Shown here piece after piece: positions 9,256-19,466 of a stretch of 64,000 bases of DNA. A model generated the notes under the pieces. The model ran no database searches. It was not told the DNA's origin and saw only the letters and a program-made list of their open reading frames with translations. The stretch's first letter is position 1, and each line of letters starts with the position of its first letter. A program made the translations under genes and the position numbers. Source of the DNA: a virus; the IMG/VR virus record IMGVR_UViG_3300020192_000010, positions 30,892 to 94,891 of that record. One strand, 5' to 3'.

Positions 9256-11436
9256 TTATTGTCGAGCCGGGGAACCAACGCTATTTTGCTGATGTGACGC
9301 GGATGCGTCTGTTGCCGCTGCAACTGTTTTATGGAATGTGCCGATTTCAGAGGTGGTCTTGCAATGCGGGCAATGATTCTCTAGCTTAATAGTTAGATCG
9401 GTAGAAGTTGCGCTTTGCCCTGCTGTTTGTTTACCTGAAGAAGCCTCTTTCGCTGCATTGCTAAGTGCAGTTGTCGGAACAGAGCTACGAGTTTTTGTTT
9501 GCGCAATATTCTGTTTAACAGCGTCGCGCATAGGTCCTGCTGATGGTGCCTCTTGTCCAGAAAGCTTGAATGCCATGGCCAGGCGAGCTTGTTCTTTAGG
9601 ATTAGCTCCCGATGTCTGTTGAGGCGTAGATGGCATCACTCTTCCGCCATGAGGCGCAGGGACTTCGGGCTTTGTTACCACGTCCTTGCCGAACATGTCT
9701 TTTTCGCCCATATATCCGGTCTTGATTTTACCGAACATACCAGCCAAGTGGAGCAGGACATCGATCGATGCATTTGCCGGGTCTTGATATTTGATATCAC
9801 TAGAATTGGCTGTTTCGGCACGGCCTTCTACAGCATTACGTGCCAGTGCGTCTTCTACTGGTGAACCTGGAGCTGAGCCACCAAGTAATCTAATTATATC
9901 TGCGAGTTTACGATCTTCGTTTGCAGCCATACGCTGCACGTCATTAGCCATCATGCTAACCACGGTCGTCATCCGGCGTTGCACAGAAGCGCCTTTTGTA
10001 GTAACTTTATAGGTAGCGGCTTTGCCTGTAATTGCCTCTTTAGCATCTTTGGTAAGAGAGCCCTTCTTCATTGCCTCAAAAAACTTGGAAGCCTTATCAT
10101 CTGTGTCTTTGTCGTTACCAAGCATACTACCGAACGCGCTGCTTTTTAGATACGAAAGCTGTCTCTGGTATTGGGATGCGGCTTGCGAACTTTCACTGGC
10201 CTGATCAAGCGTTACGACGTTACTTCCAATTTGACGCTGAAGATTCTTCTGCATCATATTCATGACTTCGTCTATCTTACCGTCCTTCACCATCTTATCG
10301 ATCTTGAAAGCTCCCTGTAGACCGCTGCCTACGCCGCTACGTTGAGCCAGAAATGCTTTGGTTCCAACGTCGAGGCCTTTGATCGACTCTGCCATCTTAT
10401 CGAACATTTGTGTGGCCTGTTGTGGACTGAGTCCGACGTCCTGCAAAGCAGGCACGAACTTACTAAATGCTTTAACAGCGCCATCGGTGTTGTTTGTCAA
10501 AAAAGCATACGCAGTAGACAATTTATTGATGCTGTTGGTCGTTACGTCCAACGGAATGTGAAGTCCATCAGATGCAGTTGCTATCGTCGATAGATAGTTA
10601 ATAGCCTCTTGACCCTTCAGGCCAAGATCCGAATAAGCCTTAGTCATCTCTCCTATTACAACTTTTAGATCTTTTCCTGTTGCTGCCGCTACCTGCGTAA
10701 CGGCCACTAACTCGGTGGCATTGCCTGAGCCTGTACCGACAACCGCATCTAGCGCACCTGGAATCTGACCAAGCTCTTTGACAGCCTGGCTCAGTTTACC
10801 AACGCCAATACCGGTAGCTTGCGTCGCGTCCATAATGTTCTTTGTGAACTGGGCCATATTGCCATCGAATTCATCAGACAGCTCACCAGTCTCTTCAAAG
10901 ACCTGCCCCAAATTTCCGGTCACAGCTCCTAGAGATATAAATCCACGCTCCATATCCTGAACGCGCTCGGTCGCGGCGAATACTTCTTTAAAGTTGTTAG
11001 CAACCATACTGGCAGCTTTACCAAGAGGCCCGCCGCTAGTGGCTAGCGATTTGAAAGCCGCTTCTAGCTTGCCTGTAAATTTTCCAAGTTCTCCAAGGCT
11101 ATCTTGAATCGATGCGCTGCCCTGACTAACATCATTTTTGAATGCCAAGAATGAAGCCGAGGCTCCGCCCATTTTGACAGTCAATGCCTCGCCGGTAGCT
11201 ATCATGTTGATGTTTGCTCTAGCAAACAGATTGGTTGTATCGGTCACTCGACCGATCGACGCATTGGTGCCTTCAAGATTTTTTTGTAGCGTAGTAAGTT
11301 TTTCTTCTACGTTACCGGCACCTTCAGCAAATTCTCGAACACCAACAACCCAGTTCCTGATACTCTCAGTCACATCTTTACCACTAGCTAATAGCAGTTT
11401 GATTGGTTCAATATCTAGTGGATCGCCTTCAGCCAT
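9256..11436 (-). CDS. Tape measure protein
   Basis: 726 aa, Ala/Gly/Lys-rich and helical, immediately downstream of the frameshifted chaperone pair. Confidence 0.75.
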   Translation of the reverse strand: MAEGDPLDIEPIKLLLASGKDVTESIRNWVVGVREFAEGAGNVEEKLTTLQKNLEGTNASIGRVTDTTNLFARANINMIATGEALTVKMGGASASFLAFKNDVSQGSASIQDSLGELGKFTGKLEAAFKSLATSGGPLGKAASMVANNFKEVFAATERVQDMERGFISLGAVTGNLGQVFEETGELSDEFDGNMAQFTKNIMDATQATGIGVGKLSQAVKELGQIPGALDAVVGTGSGNATELVAVTQVAAATGKDLKVVIGEMTKAYSDLGLKGQEAINYLSTIATASDGLHIPLDVTTNSINKLSTAYAFLTNNTDGAVKAFSKFVPALQDVGLSPQQATQMFDKMAESIKGLDVGTKAFLAQRSGVGSGLQGAFKIDKMVKDGKIDEVMNMMQKNLQRQIGSNVVTLDQASESSQAASQYQRQLSYLKSSAFGSMLGNDKDTDDKASKFFEAMKKGSLTKDAKEAITGKAATYKVTTKGASVQRRMTTVVSMMANDVQRMAANEDRKLADIIRLLGGSAPGSPVEDALARNAVEGRAETANSSDIKYQDPANASIDVLLHLAGMFGKIKTGYMGEKDMFGKDVVTKPEVPAPHGGRVMPSTPQQTSGANPKEQARLAMAFKLSGQEAPSAGPMRDAVKQNIAQTKTRSSVPTTALSNAAKEASSGKQTAGQSATSTDLTIKLENHCPHCKTTSEIGTFHKTVAAATDASASHQQNSVGSPARQ

Positions 11437-11459
11437 CTGTCCTCACACGCGCCGGGGCG

Positions 11460-11783
11460 CTATACAGTCACGCGTTTACGTCGTCTACGACGAGGAGCAA
11501 GCTCCGCCTTTTCTTTATCTTTACGACGGTTTTCCTCGATGATTTGCTTGGAAAGTTCTTCGAACTCTTCATCATTAGATACGAAAGTATTAGCCTCGGC
11601 CGCAACCAACTTTCGAACCATTTCCGGATTCGTGAATGAACCGATGAGATAGCCTAAATTCTTGGCTTCTTCCGCGCGTTCGCGCTTGTCTTCAATCCAA
11701 TTCTCAAACATTAAAAGTTTTTGGATCGGGTCCAAATTCTCTATCTTTGGATCGTCCCAACCGCAGTTGTAAAGCTGACACAA
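11460..11783 (-). CDS. Tail assembly chaperone, gpT-like segment (probably expressed by -1 frameshift)
   Basis: Has only a weak TTG start. Its frame is open back to the A7 slippery site at the end of the upstream ORF. Confidence 0.7.
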   Translation of the reverse strand: MCQLYNCGWDDPKIENLDPIQKLLMFENWIEDKRERAEEAKNLGYLIGSFTNPEMVRKLVAAEANTFVSNDEEFEELSKQIIEENRRKDKEKAELAPRRRRRKRVTV

Positions 11784-11812
11784 ATGCCAGGTGAACCGGA
11801 TATCCGATTCTT

Positions 11813-12451
11813 TTACGATTTTTTTACTTCGTCAACTACTTCTTTTACGTCTGCCTCGCTCTTGAGACCGTATTTTTTTACAGCCTCATCATTAAGCGCA
11901 CCAAATTCATCGTAAAGGAAATTAGCTACGTTTTCATCAAGCTCTTCTACATAATTAAGCTTGGCTTCAATGTCGCTTGTACCGAGAACGTAATCTATTT
12001 CAACATTATCAATCTTATAAATTGATCTGGCTAGTTGTTGACGACGCCCTTCGAAAAGTGTTTCGACACGCGATACCTGTGCCGCTGCAAAGATAGATTC
12101 ACGGTTTTCACGAGCCTTTAGCGTACGAATGGAGAACGTCGTTCCTGCAACCAGAACGTCCTTAGTCATACGCCCTAAACCGGCAAGGAACTCAACTCGT
12201 TCTTTTGCCTCAGGCTGAATAGGAACATGCCCGGAGGCTTTCGCCTGTCGGGCAGCTCGCATACGTGCTTCTTGCTGGGCTTGGGTAAGTTGTGGGGGTC
12301 CTGATGGCCGTTGAGGTTGCGGCTCTTCATCATAACCCTCAGACTCGTCGGGAACTTCGAAAGTTCGCATTCCCTGGCCGGAACCTCCGGTCTCGCCTGA
12401 AGTAGCAGTAAATGTTCTTGAACCGATAGGACTCTTAATTCCTGGTGGCAT
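11813..12451 (-). CDS. Tail assembly chaperone, gpG-like
   Basis: Lies between tube and tape measure genes and ends GTA AAA AAA TCG TAA. Confidence 0.75.
   Translation of the reverse strand: MPPGIKSPIGSRTFTATSGETGGSGQGMRTFEVPDESEGYDEEPQPQRPSGPPQLTQAQQEARMRAARQAKASGHVPIQPEAKERVEFLAGLGRMTKDVLVAGTTFSIRTLKARENRESIFAAAQVSRVETLFEGRRQQLARSIYKIDNVEIDYVLGTSDIEAKLNYVEELDENVANFLYDEFGALNDEAVKKYGLKSEADVKEVVDEVKKS
11819..11825 (-). other. -1 programmed ribosomal frameshift slippery heptamer A AAA AAA
   Basis: T7 run on the plus strand. A -1 slip gives VKK-IVKESDIRFTWHLCQLY, in frame with 11460..11783. Confidence 0.75.
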
Positions 12452-12517
12452 ATATTCCTTAATGTATAGAAACGACTATAACTAAGGAGTATATATCAGC
12501 TTAGCTGATAGAGTCTA

Positions 12518-13177
12518 TCAGAATGGTTTTGCGCCGCCTGTAAAGGCGTTGATAAGTCCTGGTGCATCAAGGGAACCACGACGTCCACCGCGATCTGCTT
12601 CAAGTTCGATTGCATCCTGGAACCCTGCGATACCGCGAGTGCCACCACGAGCAATGTTCTTGTTACCACCAGCAAAGAAGCTGGCAATCGTTTCTGCTTG
12701 AAACGTCATCTGATCCTGAACGACGAACTCGCTTGCTTGATATGTATAGTTAATATTTCCAATCCATACATTTCGAAGAACAGTTACGATAGTCGCCGGG
12801 TCATTTGAAGGATCGGCAGATAGTGATGGTGCATTCTGTACGTCGATGATTTCGATGTCGAACGGATAGCGTTGGGCATGAACGTGAGTGAACCCACGGC
12901 TAAATGCTTCTGCCATGCGAAGTCGATCGAACCTGACTCGTGTACAGGTTCCGGTAATGTTCGTTGAGCTCTTCGGGACGGAGTCTATATGACCGTCAGT
13001 TCCGACTTCATCGACCATGTGGATGCCGCGCTCTTCAGTGATCTGAATAGACTGAATTGCACCGATCGTTTCGGTACCAACTTTGATAATAATGTTAGTT
13101 GATAGCGACGTCTTGGTAATATTTTTACCATTTCCGTCGTATAACTGAGACCCTGTTTGTGGATATTTGCCAGCCAT
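12518..13177 (-). CDS. Tail tube protein
   Basis: 219 aa directly after the sheath gene. IGAIQSIQITEERG...VDEVG and PFDIEIID...TVLRNVWI pattern. Confidence 0.8.
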   Translation of the reverse strand: MAGKYPQTGSQLYDGNGKNITKTSLSTNIIIKVGTETIGAIQSIQITEERGIHMVDEVGTDGHIDSVPKSSTNITGTCTRVRFDRLRMAEAFSRGFTHVHAQRYPFDIEIIDVQNAPSLSADPSNDPATIVTVLRNVWIGNINYTYQASEFVVQDQMTFQAETIASFFAGGNKNIARGGTRGIAGFQDAIELEADRGGRRGSLDAPGLINAFTGGAKPF

Positions 13178-13196
13178 AGAATAACTCCCTCAAAAA

Positions 13197-15938
13197 TTAG
13201 ATTAGACCAACGTTTACTTTGATGTAGATCCAATTTACTGGATATGTTGGTTGGACCTTGACCTTGACGTTCCACTGACGCGGATCGACAGAGTCACGCG
13301 CGACCGAGAGGCTATCGTATGCGGTGATAAGTCCCTGGCTGATGAACGATTCCAAGAGGCCTACTGCTCTCGACGTTAGCGAGGAAAGCAATGTTGCATC
13401 TTCTGGGAGTCCGATGAATCCTGCGAAGCCTTGACGAAGTGACTTAGCGATTCTGTCGCGGATGAAGATGATCGAGATCTCTTCTTCCTCTGGGAAACCG
13501 CTTTGAGTTGTGGTCTTTCCTTGGATAACGATACCGCCACCAGATACTGGTTGTACAACCGTGATACCTGCTGCGATCAATCTCTCAATAACAGTAGGCG
13601 AGAAACGCTTGGTGTTAAGGATAGTGAATCCAGAAAGAACCTTATTCGTCAGTGGGACAGCGATGTTAGGAATGCCGCTGAGGTACCCTGCACCTGCTGC
13701 TGCCATATAGAATCCGTCAAGAGCAACGTTTGCTCCGCCAGCCGATACGACAATCTCATCTGGATAGAAGTATACACAGCGGAACGTAGTTCCGAACGCA
13801 TCTACAACAGAGTAGTTAGCAAGGTCTTCGGTGTTGCCAGATAGAACTTCCGCTACGCTGTCACCCTGAATGCCCTCGAACAATCCGATGTCTTCAACTG
13901 CCGCTGTCTTATTACCGAGAACGAACTCAGGAAGAAGTCCAGCGATTGCTCCAGTAAACAATACACGCTCGCGTCTGTTACGGATATTGCTCATCGTACG
14001 GCAGTGAGACAGCGTGTTCTGGAAGATTGCGCTGATCGTCTGCTTTGGAAGAGGAACTACGATGTCGACATCGACAGTTTCGAGAGCTGCAAGAGCCTCT
14101 AGCCAACCAACGTCATAGAAGTCTGCATCTCGTGCGTCTACGAAGGACACACGAAGAGAGTTTAGGTCAGGAACGACCGCCTGGTTAACTACAACGAACG
14201 AACCGACCTCATCTGGGTCGACGACCTGGAAATCAAGTACGGTCTCGTCTACGAAGTATTTTTTCAAAACTGCCTGCGTATTACTTACACCGGCTGAGAT
14301 AAGGAATGTTCCATCGTTAACTGCATTAACAGCAGTCGTGATCGAGACATAACGATTGGAGAGCACACCGTACGTGCTGAAGTTAGCAGATGCGCTGGTC
14401 AGCGTACACTTCGTACCATCAATACCGTCAGGAGCAATAATTCCGTCAGCAGCTGTAAAAACAAGGTTATCTGTTCCGATGTCGCGGACTTCAAACGTTA
14501 CGCCAGTTTCAGACGTAAACAGAGGGAAGCTAACGGTAAGTGCTCCGTTGACTGCGGCAGTAATATCGAAAGTTCCGATATTAACAGCGTTGGTCGCGTC
14601 AAACAGCTTAAGCTCTTTACCAATGTCATTCGCGGTAAACGTGAATGAAGAACTGCTGAAGGTACCGACACCTGGGATTGCAAGACCTGCATCCATCGCA
14701 CCATTAGAGCCAGACTTCGTTACCTGCGCGCGCTGCATTACAGTATAGAAATAGCTGTATGTAGAGACGGAGAAGATAAATGTCGACAATGTTGGTGTAG
14801 TGCTGGTATCCGTGATGGTATTGAATGCGTGCTTGTTAGGAATAATTTGCGTTTCGATTCCAGTCGTTGGGCTGGTTACGAAGAAATTAATAGAAGAATC
14901 TGCGTCTGGAGATACTCCGACCGGAAGAGGGAAGATGTAATCTTCAACGTCGTCAGACGTTGCCTTTACCTCATTATCCAAATCGTAAGATGTACGACGA
15001 GGAAGTGCTGGTTTCGTTTGAAGGCAAACGATTCCTGGTGGTTGGTTGGAGAAAGCAAGCTGTCCGCCCAACGAAAGGTTGTTATCAGTACTTGGAGATC
15101 CGAAACGAATCGCAACGTCTTCCATGTTATCGAAGAAACCAGGATCGTTAAGATCCAGAGTGCCAATGTACGTTGCGGTTAACGTATCATTCTTTAGAAG
15201 AACTCCGCTTCGTACTTTTACAGTAAAGGAATCACCTTCACGAAGAGTCGTTGCTCCCATAAGAGGGTTTTGCAGAATGCTAAAGGAGATGACGCCGTTG
15301 GTCACGATCTCGTCGTCAGAAAGCCAAACTACCGGATTACCATAACCATCGAGTGGTGTACCCGATACAGAGCCGAAGCTAAGAAACTTCGCTGTATTTA
15401 CGATTGGGACACCATAACCGTCACGCTGCACTGACGAACACTTGATCGTCCACGTTTCTGACGGAGCATTAACATCGTCGATGGTAAGGTTTTCAATTGT
15501 ACCGGAACCGTAGTTAGTCGTTGAAGCCGAATAGAACTTACCACCTTGATCAACAAGGTAAGCCGTTTGAAGTTCTATTTCGCCAGTACTGACATCGATA
15601 CGGTAATCATACGCGTTATCGAATGTATTGGAATCGATTGCCTCTTCCAATCCAACCAATGGAATGCCGTTACGGTAAACCGTGGTACGATTAGCTATGA
15701 GGGAAGTTATTCCCAAAAGGAAATGTCGACCATCTGCGCCACTGGCAGAGGTATACCCGGCATTGAGTCCGTCAAGGCCACCACCAAGGGCGCCTGAGAC
15801 AAGTACCTCGCTACGAGTTCCCTCGCCCATGATTACAGCCAAACGGGTGCCGCCTGGGATCGAAACTCCAGTAGTTAAGGTCTCTACGTCTGTGTATGCA
15901 CCGGGCGCAGCCCCTGAAGCCCCTTTTATATTAGCCAT
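13197..15938 (-). CDS. Contractile tail sheath protein (913 aa, with large insertions)
   Basis: N-terminal APGAYTDVE. C-terminal PLTNKVLSG...LIAAGITVV...EISIIFIRD...VKVQPTYPVNWIYIKV sheath signature. Confidence 0.9.
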   Translation of the reverse strand: MANIKGASGAAPGAYTDVETLTTGVSIPGGTRLAVIMGEGTRSEVLVSGALGGGLDGLNAGYTSASGADGRHFLLGITSLIANRTTVYRNGIPLVGLEEAIDSNTFDNAYDYRIDVSTGEIELQTAYLVDQGGKFYSASTTNYGSGTIENLTIDDVNAPSETWTIKCSSVQRDGYGVPIVNTAKFLSFGSVSGTPLDGYGNPVVWLSDDEIVTNGVISFSILQNPLMGATTLREGDSFTVKVRSGVLLKNDTLTATYIGTLDLNDPGFFDNMEDVAIRFGSPSTDNNLSLGGQLAFSNQPPGIVCLQTKPALPRRTSYDLDNEVKATSDDVEDYIFPLPVGVSPDADSSINFFVTSPTTGIETQIIPNKHAFNTITDTSTTPTLSTFIFSVSTYSYFYTVMQRAQVTKSGSNGAMDAGLAIPGVGTFSSSSFTFTANDIGKELKLFDATNAVNIGTFDITAAVNGALTVSFPLFTSETGVTFEVRDIGTDNLVFTAADGIIAPDGIDGTKCTLTSASANFSTYGVLSNRYVSITTAVNAVNDGTFLISAGVSNTQAVLKKYFVDETVLDFQVVDPDEVGSFVVVNQAVVPDLNSLRVSFVDARDADFYDVGWLEALAALETVDVDIVVPLPKQTISAIFQNTLSHCRTMSNIRNRRERVLFTGAIAGLLPEFVLGNKTAAVEDIGLFEGIQGDSVAEVLSGNTEDLANYSVVDAFGTTFRCVYFYPDEIVVSAGGANVALDGFYMAAAGAGYLSGIPNIAVPLTNKVLSGFTILNTKRFSPTVIERLIAAGITVVQPVSGGGIVIQGKTTTQSGFPEEEEISIIFIRDRIAKSLRQGFAGFIGLPEDATLLSSLTSRAVGLLESFISQGLITAYDSLSVARDSVDPRQWNVKVKVQPTYPVNWIYIKVNVGLI

Positions 15939-15978
15939 ATTATTTTCCTCAGTTAGTCAAAAGAATATCTTATTATTA

Positions 15979-16620
15979 CTATTTGTGACGAATTCGAGTT
16001 GCTCCATCACTACAATTTTGTTTAGCCTGCAATGGCCTAAGGTTACTTAGCGCCCATAATTTTATGAAATTTTCGTCTGTCATAGACTTGAAAGGTAAAC
16101 AACTTTGCGGAATAATATGATCGATATGCCAAGTCGTAGTGTTATTAGATGCCAATCCCCAGTTTTGCCAATTCATCCATGGCTCAAACTCGCTTTCTAA
16201 GTGACATTTCAATTCCTCTATAGAGTATGGTAAATATTGCGTAATAGAGGAACCATTCTTGCTTGAATTGAATCTCTTAAGAGTGTTTCTAATCAAACAA
16301 GATATATTTTTTCGGAGGCGAAATGTTGCATCATTAGCGCGGCGCAATTTTTGATTATAATTTCTTTTCAACTTTACGTCTTGGCGGCGACTATATTCTT
16401 TAGAATTCTCTCTTTTACTAGCAAGTAATTTCTCTCTATGTTGCGCGCGATAACTAGCTACCCTGACTTTTGAGGCCTCTTTGTTTTTAAGATAGCTAAT
16501 ATGTTTTAGTTTTTTAACACAATCTAGGCATGTTGCTCTAAAACGCTTCGTATCTGATCTAGCTTCAAAATTCACCGAAGTTAGCTCTTTCCATAATTTG
16601 CAATTAATACAAGCCTTCAT
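15979..16620 (-). CDS. Free-standing HNH homing endonuclease
   Basis: N-terminal CxxC...CxxC and C-terminal WHIDHIIP...WALSNLRPLQAKQN. AT-rich relative to its neighbours. Confidence 0.85.
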   Translation of the reverse strand: MKACINCKLWKELTSVNFEARSDTKRFRATCLDCVKKLKHISYLKNKEASKVRVASYRAQHREKLLASKRENSKEYSRRQDVKLKRNYNQKLRRANDATFRLRKNISCLIRNTLKRFNSSKNGSSITQYLPYSIEELKCHLESEFEPWMNWQNWGLASNNTTTWHIDHIIPQSCLPFKSMTDENFIKLWALSNLRPLQAKQNCSDGATRIRHK

Positions 16621-17399
16621 AATTCTGCTAAAACTTCTATTAGAGTTTGCTCATTATTTATTTGCAAATTAGCCGCGTCTGGGCCACTAACGTCGCCAAA
16701 ATCCATTACTAAACTAATGATTTCAACTATGTTATTAATTGGTACGTGCCTTCGCCATTCAGAACGAAATTGTAGAGTAATTGATTGTTTGTAAAGCTTA
16801 TCGTTACGATCGTCGGTCTCGCTTACTCCGCTTGCCTGAACACCTTTGATAAAAAACCCTGCTTTTTCTAAATTGTTGTGTTGAATGTCAGCAAAAAGTA
16901 TCGCTACTTCTTGTGCTAGATTATCCCGTGCTGGAAGGCTTCTTGTGAAAATTTCTATTGAAATACTTCCTTCCCATGCTCCTGCAAATATAAAATGAGC
17001 CGGTACCGGGAACTTTGTTATGTTGCCGTACCCATCTTGGTATACCTGATAGTCCCATTGAACAGTGCCGCGTTCTCTATTAAATGAGATCGGAACGTAG
17101 TTGGCTCCACCATGCTTGACTATGATTGCTGGATAAAACACAACATCCTGGCGATATGTTTCACCAATAAATAACCTGGTAGTTTGATTGTCTTTCAAAC
17201 CGGCCTCTTGAACCAAATCGGTATGGTCTGTAGTCTTTGGATATCCCCACTCATCAGCTACGTAGTGATAATAGGTATCTTGACTAAAATGATCTCGTAA
17301 TGTTGCAATGACAATTTCTTTAGGAAAAATGATCATGCTATTCTGCGCAACATGATGCAGAATCGGCAGATCAGACCTAAAGAAGTTGTTAGTAGACAT
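16617..17399 (-). CDS. Putative tail completion/terminator protein
   Basis: YPAIIVK...ISIEIFTRSLPARDNLA pattern. Upstream of the sheath gene once the HNH gene is discounted. Confidence 0.55.
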   Translation of the reverse strand: MSTNNFFRSDLPILHHVAQNSMIIFPKEIVIATLRDHFSQDTYYHYVADEWGYPKTTDHTDLVQEAGLKDNQTTRLFIGETYRQDVVFYPAIIVKHGGANYVPISFNRERGTVQWDYQVYQDGYGNITKFPVPAHFIFAGAWEGSISIEIFTRSLPARDNLAQEVAILFADIQHNNLEKAGFFIKGVQASGVSETDDRNDKLYKQSITLQFRSEWRRHVPINNIVEIISLVMDFGDVSGPDAANLQINNEQTLIEVLAEL

Positions 17400-17423
17400 T
17401 ATAGATATAGCAAAAAACTACCA

Positions 17424-18446
17424 TCAAACAGTATACTTTACAACCATTGGGGATATTTCAAATTCACCAGAGCCGGAAGCAAGTAGTGCATTGATATGAA
17501 ATTTAACAATGACTGTATTATCTTGGCCAACAACATAGTTGTCGTTACTCGAAACGTCCAACGTAACGTATTGTGTACCGGCACTTATGACGCTGAGTGT
17601 AGTGTCAAGATCAAACGAATATGATGCTGATTGAGAATCAGTAAACGTATTAGCTCTAAGTTTTGGATCCAATATAGATCCTGTACCGGCAGAATAATTA
17701 GCGCTCACAATTGGCTGTGATTTTGCAATAATCTCTACTAGATTGCTGCCAGCATTAGTGGTAATGGTAGCGGTCCCGGCAAACCAAACTCCAGCTTTAA
17801 TAGACATTATTTGAGCGCCTCTTGGCAGATGCTTATCCATGGCTGCATAAAAAGAAAAATCACGCCCGCCAGTGCTTCCGATTATAAATGAAGTATTGGC
17901 GTAATAAGAATAAACCGCTTTATTTGTTATTTCATGAATAGCATTATAGTAGGCTATACTGTTAACTGTCGCAAAGTTGCTTGCAGGATGATCAACTCCC
18001 ATCGGCACAACAGCATATTTGATGTGGTTCTTATTTTTATCGATAACGTCACCGGCAGTTATGCCTGAGATGGTCGTTTCTGATGTTCCATTAACAGTGG
18101 TACTATCAAAATTATTGTTATTTATTTGATGGCCAGAAGAACTAGAAATAGCTATGTATGCAGTAATTGAAACGGCGGCGCGCGCAAAAATATTGTTTGT
18201 AATGATACAACTGTTACCCTCTAAACTAATAAACGTGGCTGAAGCTGCTGGGGCAGTGAAAAAATTACCATTTACAACGCAGTCATCTGTTAAATCTAGA
18301 TACGACGACGATGTGGCTGATAGGTTATTATTTACGATGGAGGACTTGGCCGCAGAATCGATAAGTGCGTCGTACGCATAAACTCCTGAATCATAAATTC
18401 CATTATCTATGGAGTTTCCCTCAATTATAACATTTGAACTTGTCAT
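17424..18446 (-). CDS. Beta-helix tail fibre/spike-associated protein, paralogue 2
   Basis: Asn-ladder repeats (IEGNSID, IVNNNL, ITNNIF, INNNNFD), similar to 18450..19463. Confidence 0.6.
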   Translation of the reverse strand: MTSSNVIIEGNSIDNGIYDSGVYAYDALIDSAAKSSIVNNNLSATSSSYLDLTDDCVVNGNFFTAPAASATFISLEGNSCIITNNIFARAAVSITAYIAISSSSGHQINNNNFDSTTVNGTSETTISGITAGDVIDKNKNHIKYAVVPMGVDHPASNFATVNSIAYYNAIHEITNKAVYSYYANTSFIIGSTGGRDFSFYAAMDKHLPRGAQIMSIKAGVWFAGTATITTNAGSNLVEIIAKSQPIVSANYSAGTGSILDPKLRANTFTDSQSASYSFDLDTTLSVISAGTQYVTLDVSSNDNYVVGQDNTVIVKFHINALLASGSGEFEISPMVVKYTV

Positions 18447-18449
18447 GAA

Positions 18450-19463
18450 TCACCCATATGTATACTTAACAAGTAGTGCATGAGAAAGGCTGGCGGTGGC
18501 TGAAGCAAGTACCTGTGGGCTAAGTGCAAGTTGTAAACAAACCTCATAATTTGGACTAATTTGGAAAATAGAGCTTGTACCTAGGTCAAGCTTCAAATGT
18601 TTTACAGTTCCATTAGCCAATGTCGCGACAGGGCCCGCGCCAATTATGAAGATTTGATCAAAAACAACATCTGCGGGAGCCATATAAGATCCAACATCTG
18701 TAATAATCGTCGCTATCGACCCAGTACCGGCGGTAATGTTGGCAGCCAAGTCCAGCGACCTGTAAAGCGCTAATGTAAAACCGCTATTGCTGATGGTACT
18801 CCATCCCGTCGTAGATGGCGCATTGTAACTCCAATCAACACCAATAACTCTTGCACCAATAGGTAACAAATCAGAGAGGTTCCAATTAGCATTAAGATCT
18901 GCTGTTACTGGAGACGCACTTAAATTGTAAAAAACAGAAGTGTATGCGCCAAGGCCTGTCGTCGTTGCCCGGTATCCCGTAGTTGTTGTTGCGAAAAAAT
19001 TGGTAAGCTCCATGAGCTTATAGTATATTTGATTTCTATTACGATCCGTAACGTCAGCTGATAGGGCACCTACAATTGGTGTCTCTATAGTTCCATTTAT
19101 CGTGGTGCTATCGAAATAATTGTCGGTTATAGTATGACCGGATGTACCTGTAATATAAATATACGATTGAACTGTGCTTGAACCACGTACAAATTTATTG
19201 TTGTAAATGCTACATGTGCAACTTGTCAGTTTGATAAAATTGGACGATACTGACGAGTAGATATTGTGGAATGCGTTATCACTTACAACACTATCTGCCT
19301 GAATGTCCAGTCCAGTAACGGTGCTGGCTAAAAATGTATTGTTGTTGATTACCGCATCGCCTTTTATTAAGGCCAAAGTGGTATATCCATAAGTCTGAAC
19401 GCCAGCGTTGTAATAATTACCATTATCGAAGGTATTCCCTTCTATAACTATGCTGCTATTCAT
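18450..19463 (-). CDS. Beta-helix tail fibre/spike-associated protein, paralogue 1
   Basis: IEGNTFDNG, INNNTF, VSDNAF and ITDNYFDSTTINGT repeats. Confidence 0.6.
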   Translation of the reverse strand: MNSSIVIEGNTFDNGNYYNAGVQTYGYTTLALIKGDAVINNNTFLASTVTGLDIQADSVVSDNAFHNIYSSVSSNFIKLTSCTCSIYNNKFVRGSSTVQSYIYITGTSGHTITDNYFDSTTINGTIETPIVGALSADVTDRNRNQIYYKLMELTNFFATTTTGYRATTTGLGAYTSVFYNLSASPVTADLNANWNLSDLLPIGARVIGVDWSYNAPSTTGWSTISNSGFTLALYRSLDLAANITAGTGSIATIITDVGSYMAPADVVFDQIFIIGAGPVATLANGTVKHLKLDLGTSSIFQISPNYEVCLQLALSPQVLASATASLSHALLVKYTYG

Positions 19464-19466
19464 AAC

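Noticed and set aside
12618-12627. TGGAACCCTG in the tube gene matches 10 nt of the putative omega-RNA guide
   Set aside because: Only 10 nt, and it excludes the scaffold-proximal seed. Such a match is expected by chance in 64 kb.
1385-15938. Extracellular contractile injection system or tailocin interpretation
   Set aside because: A major capsid protein, prohead protease and neck genes are in the same gene block, so this is a phage.
15979-16620. HNH gene (and the GIY-YIG gene at 40170) as intron-encoded
   Set aside because: Flanking genes appear complete and there is no room for group I intron core sequence, so both are treated as free-standing.
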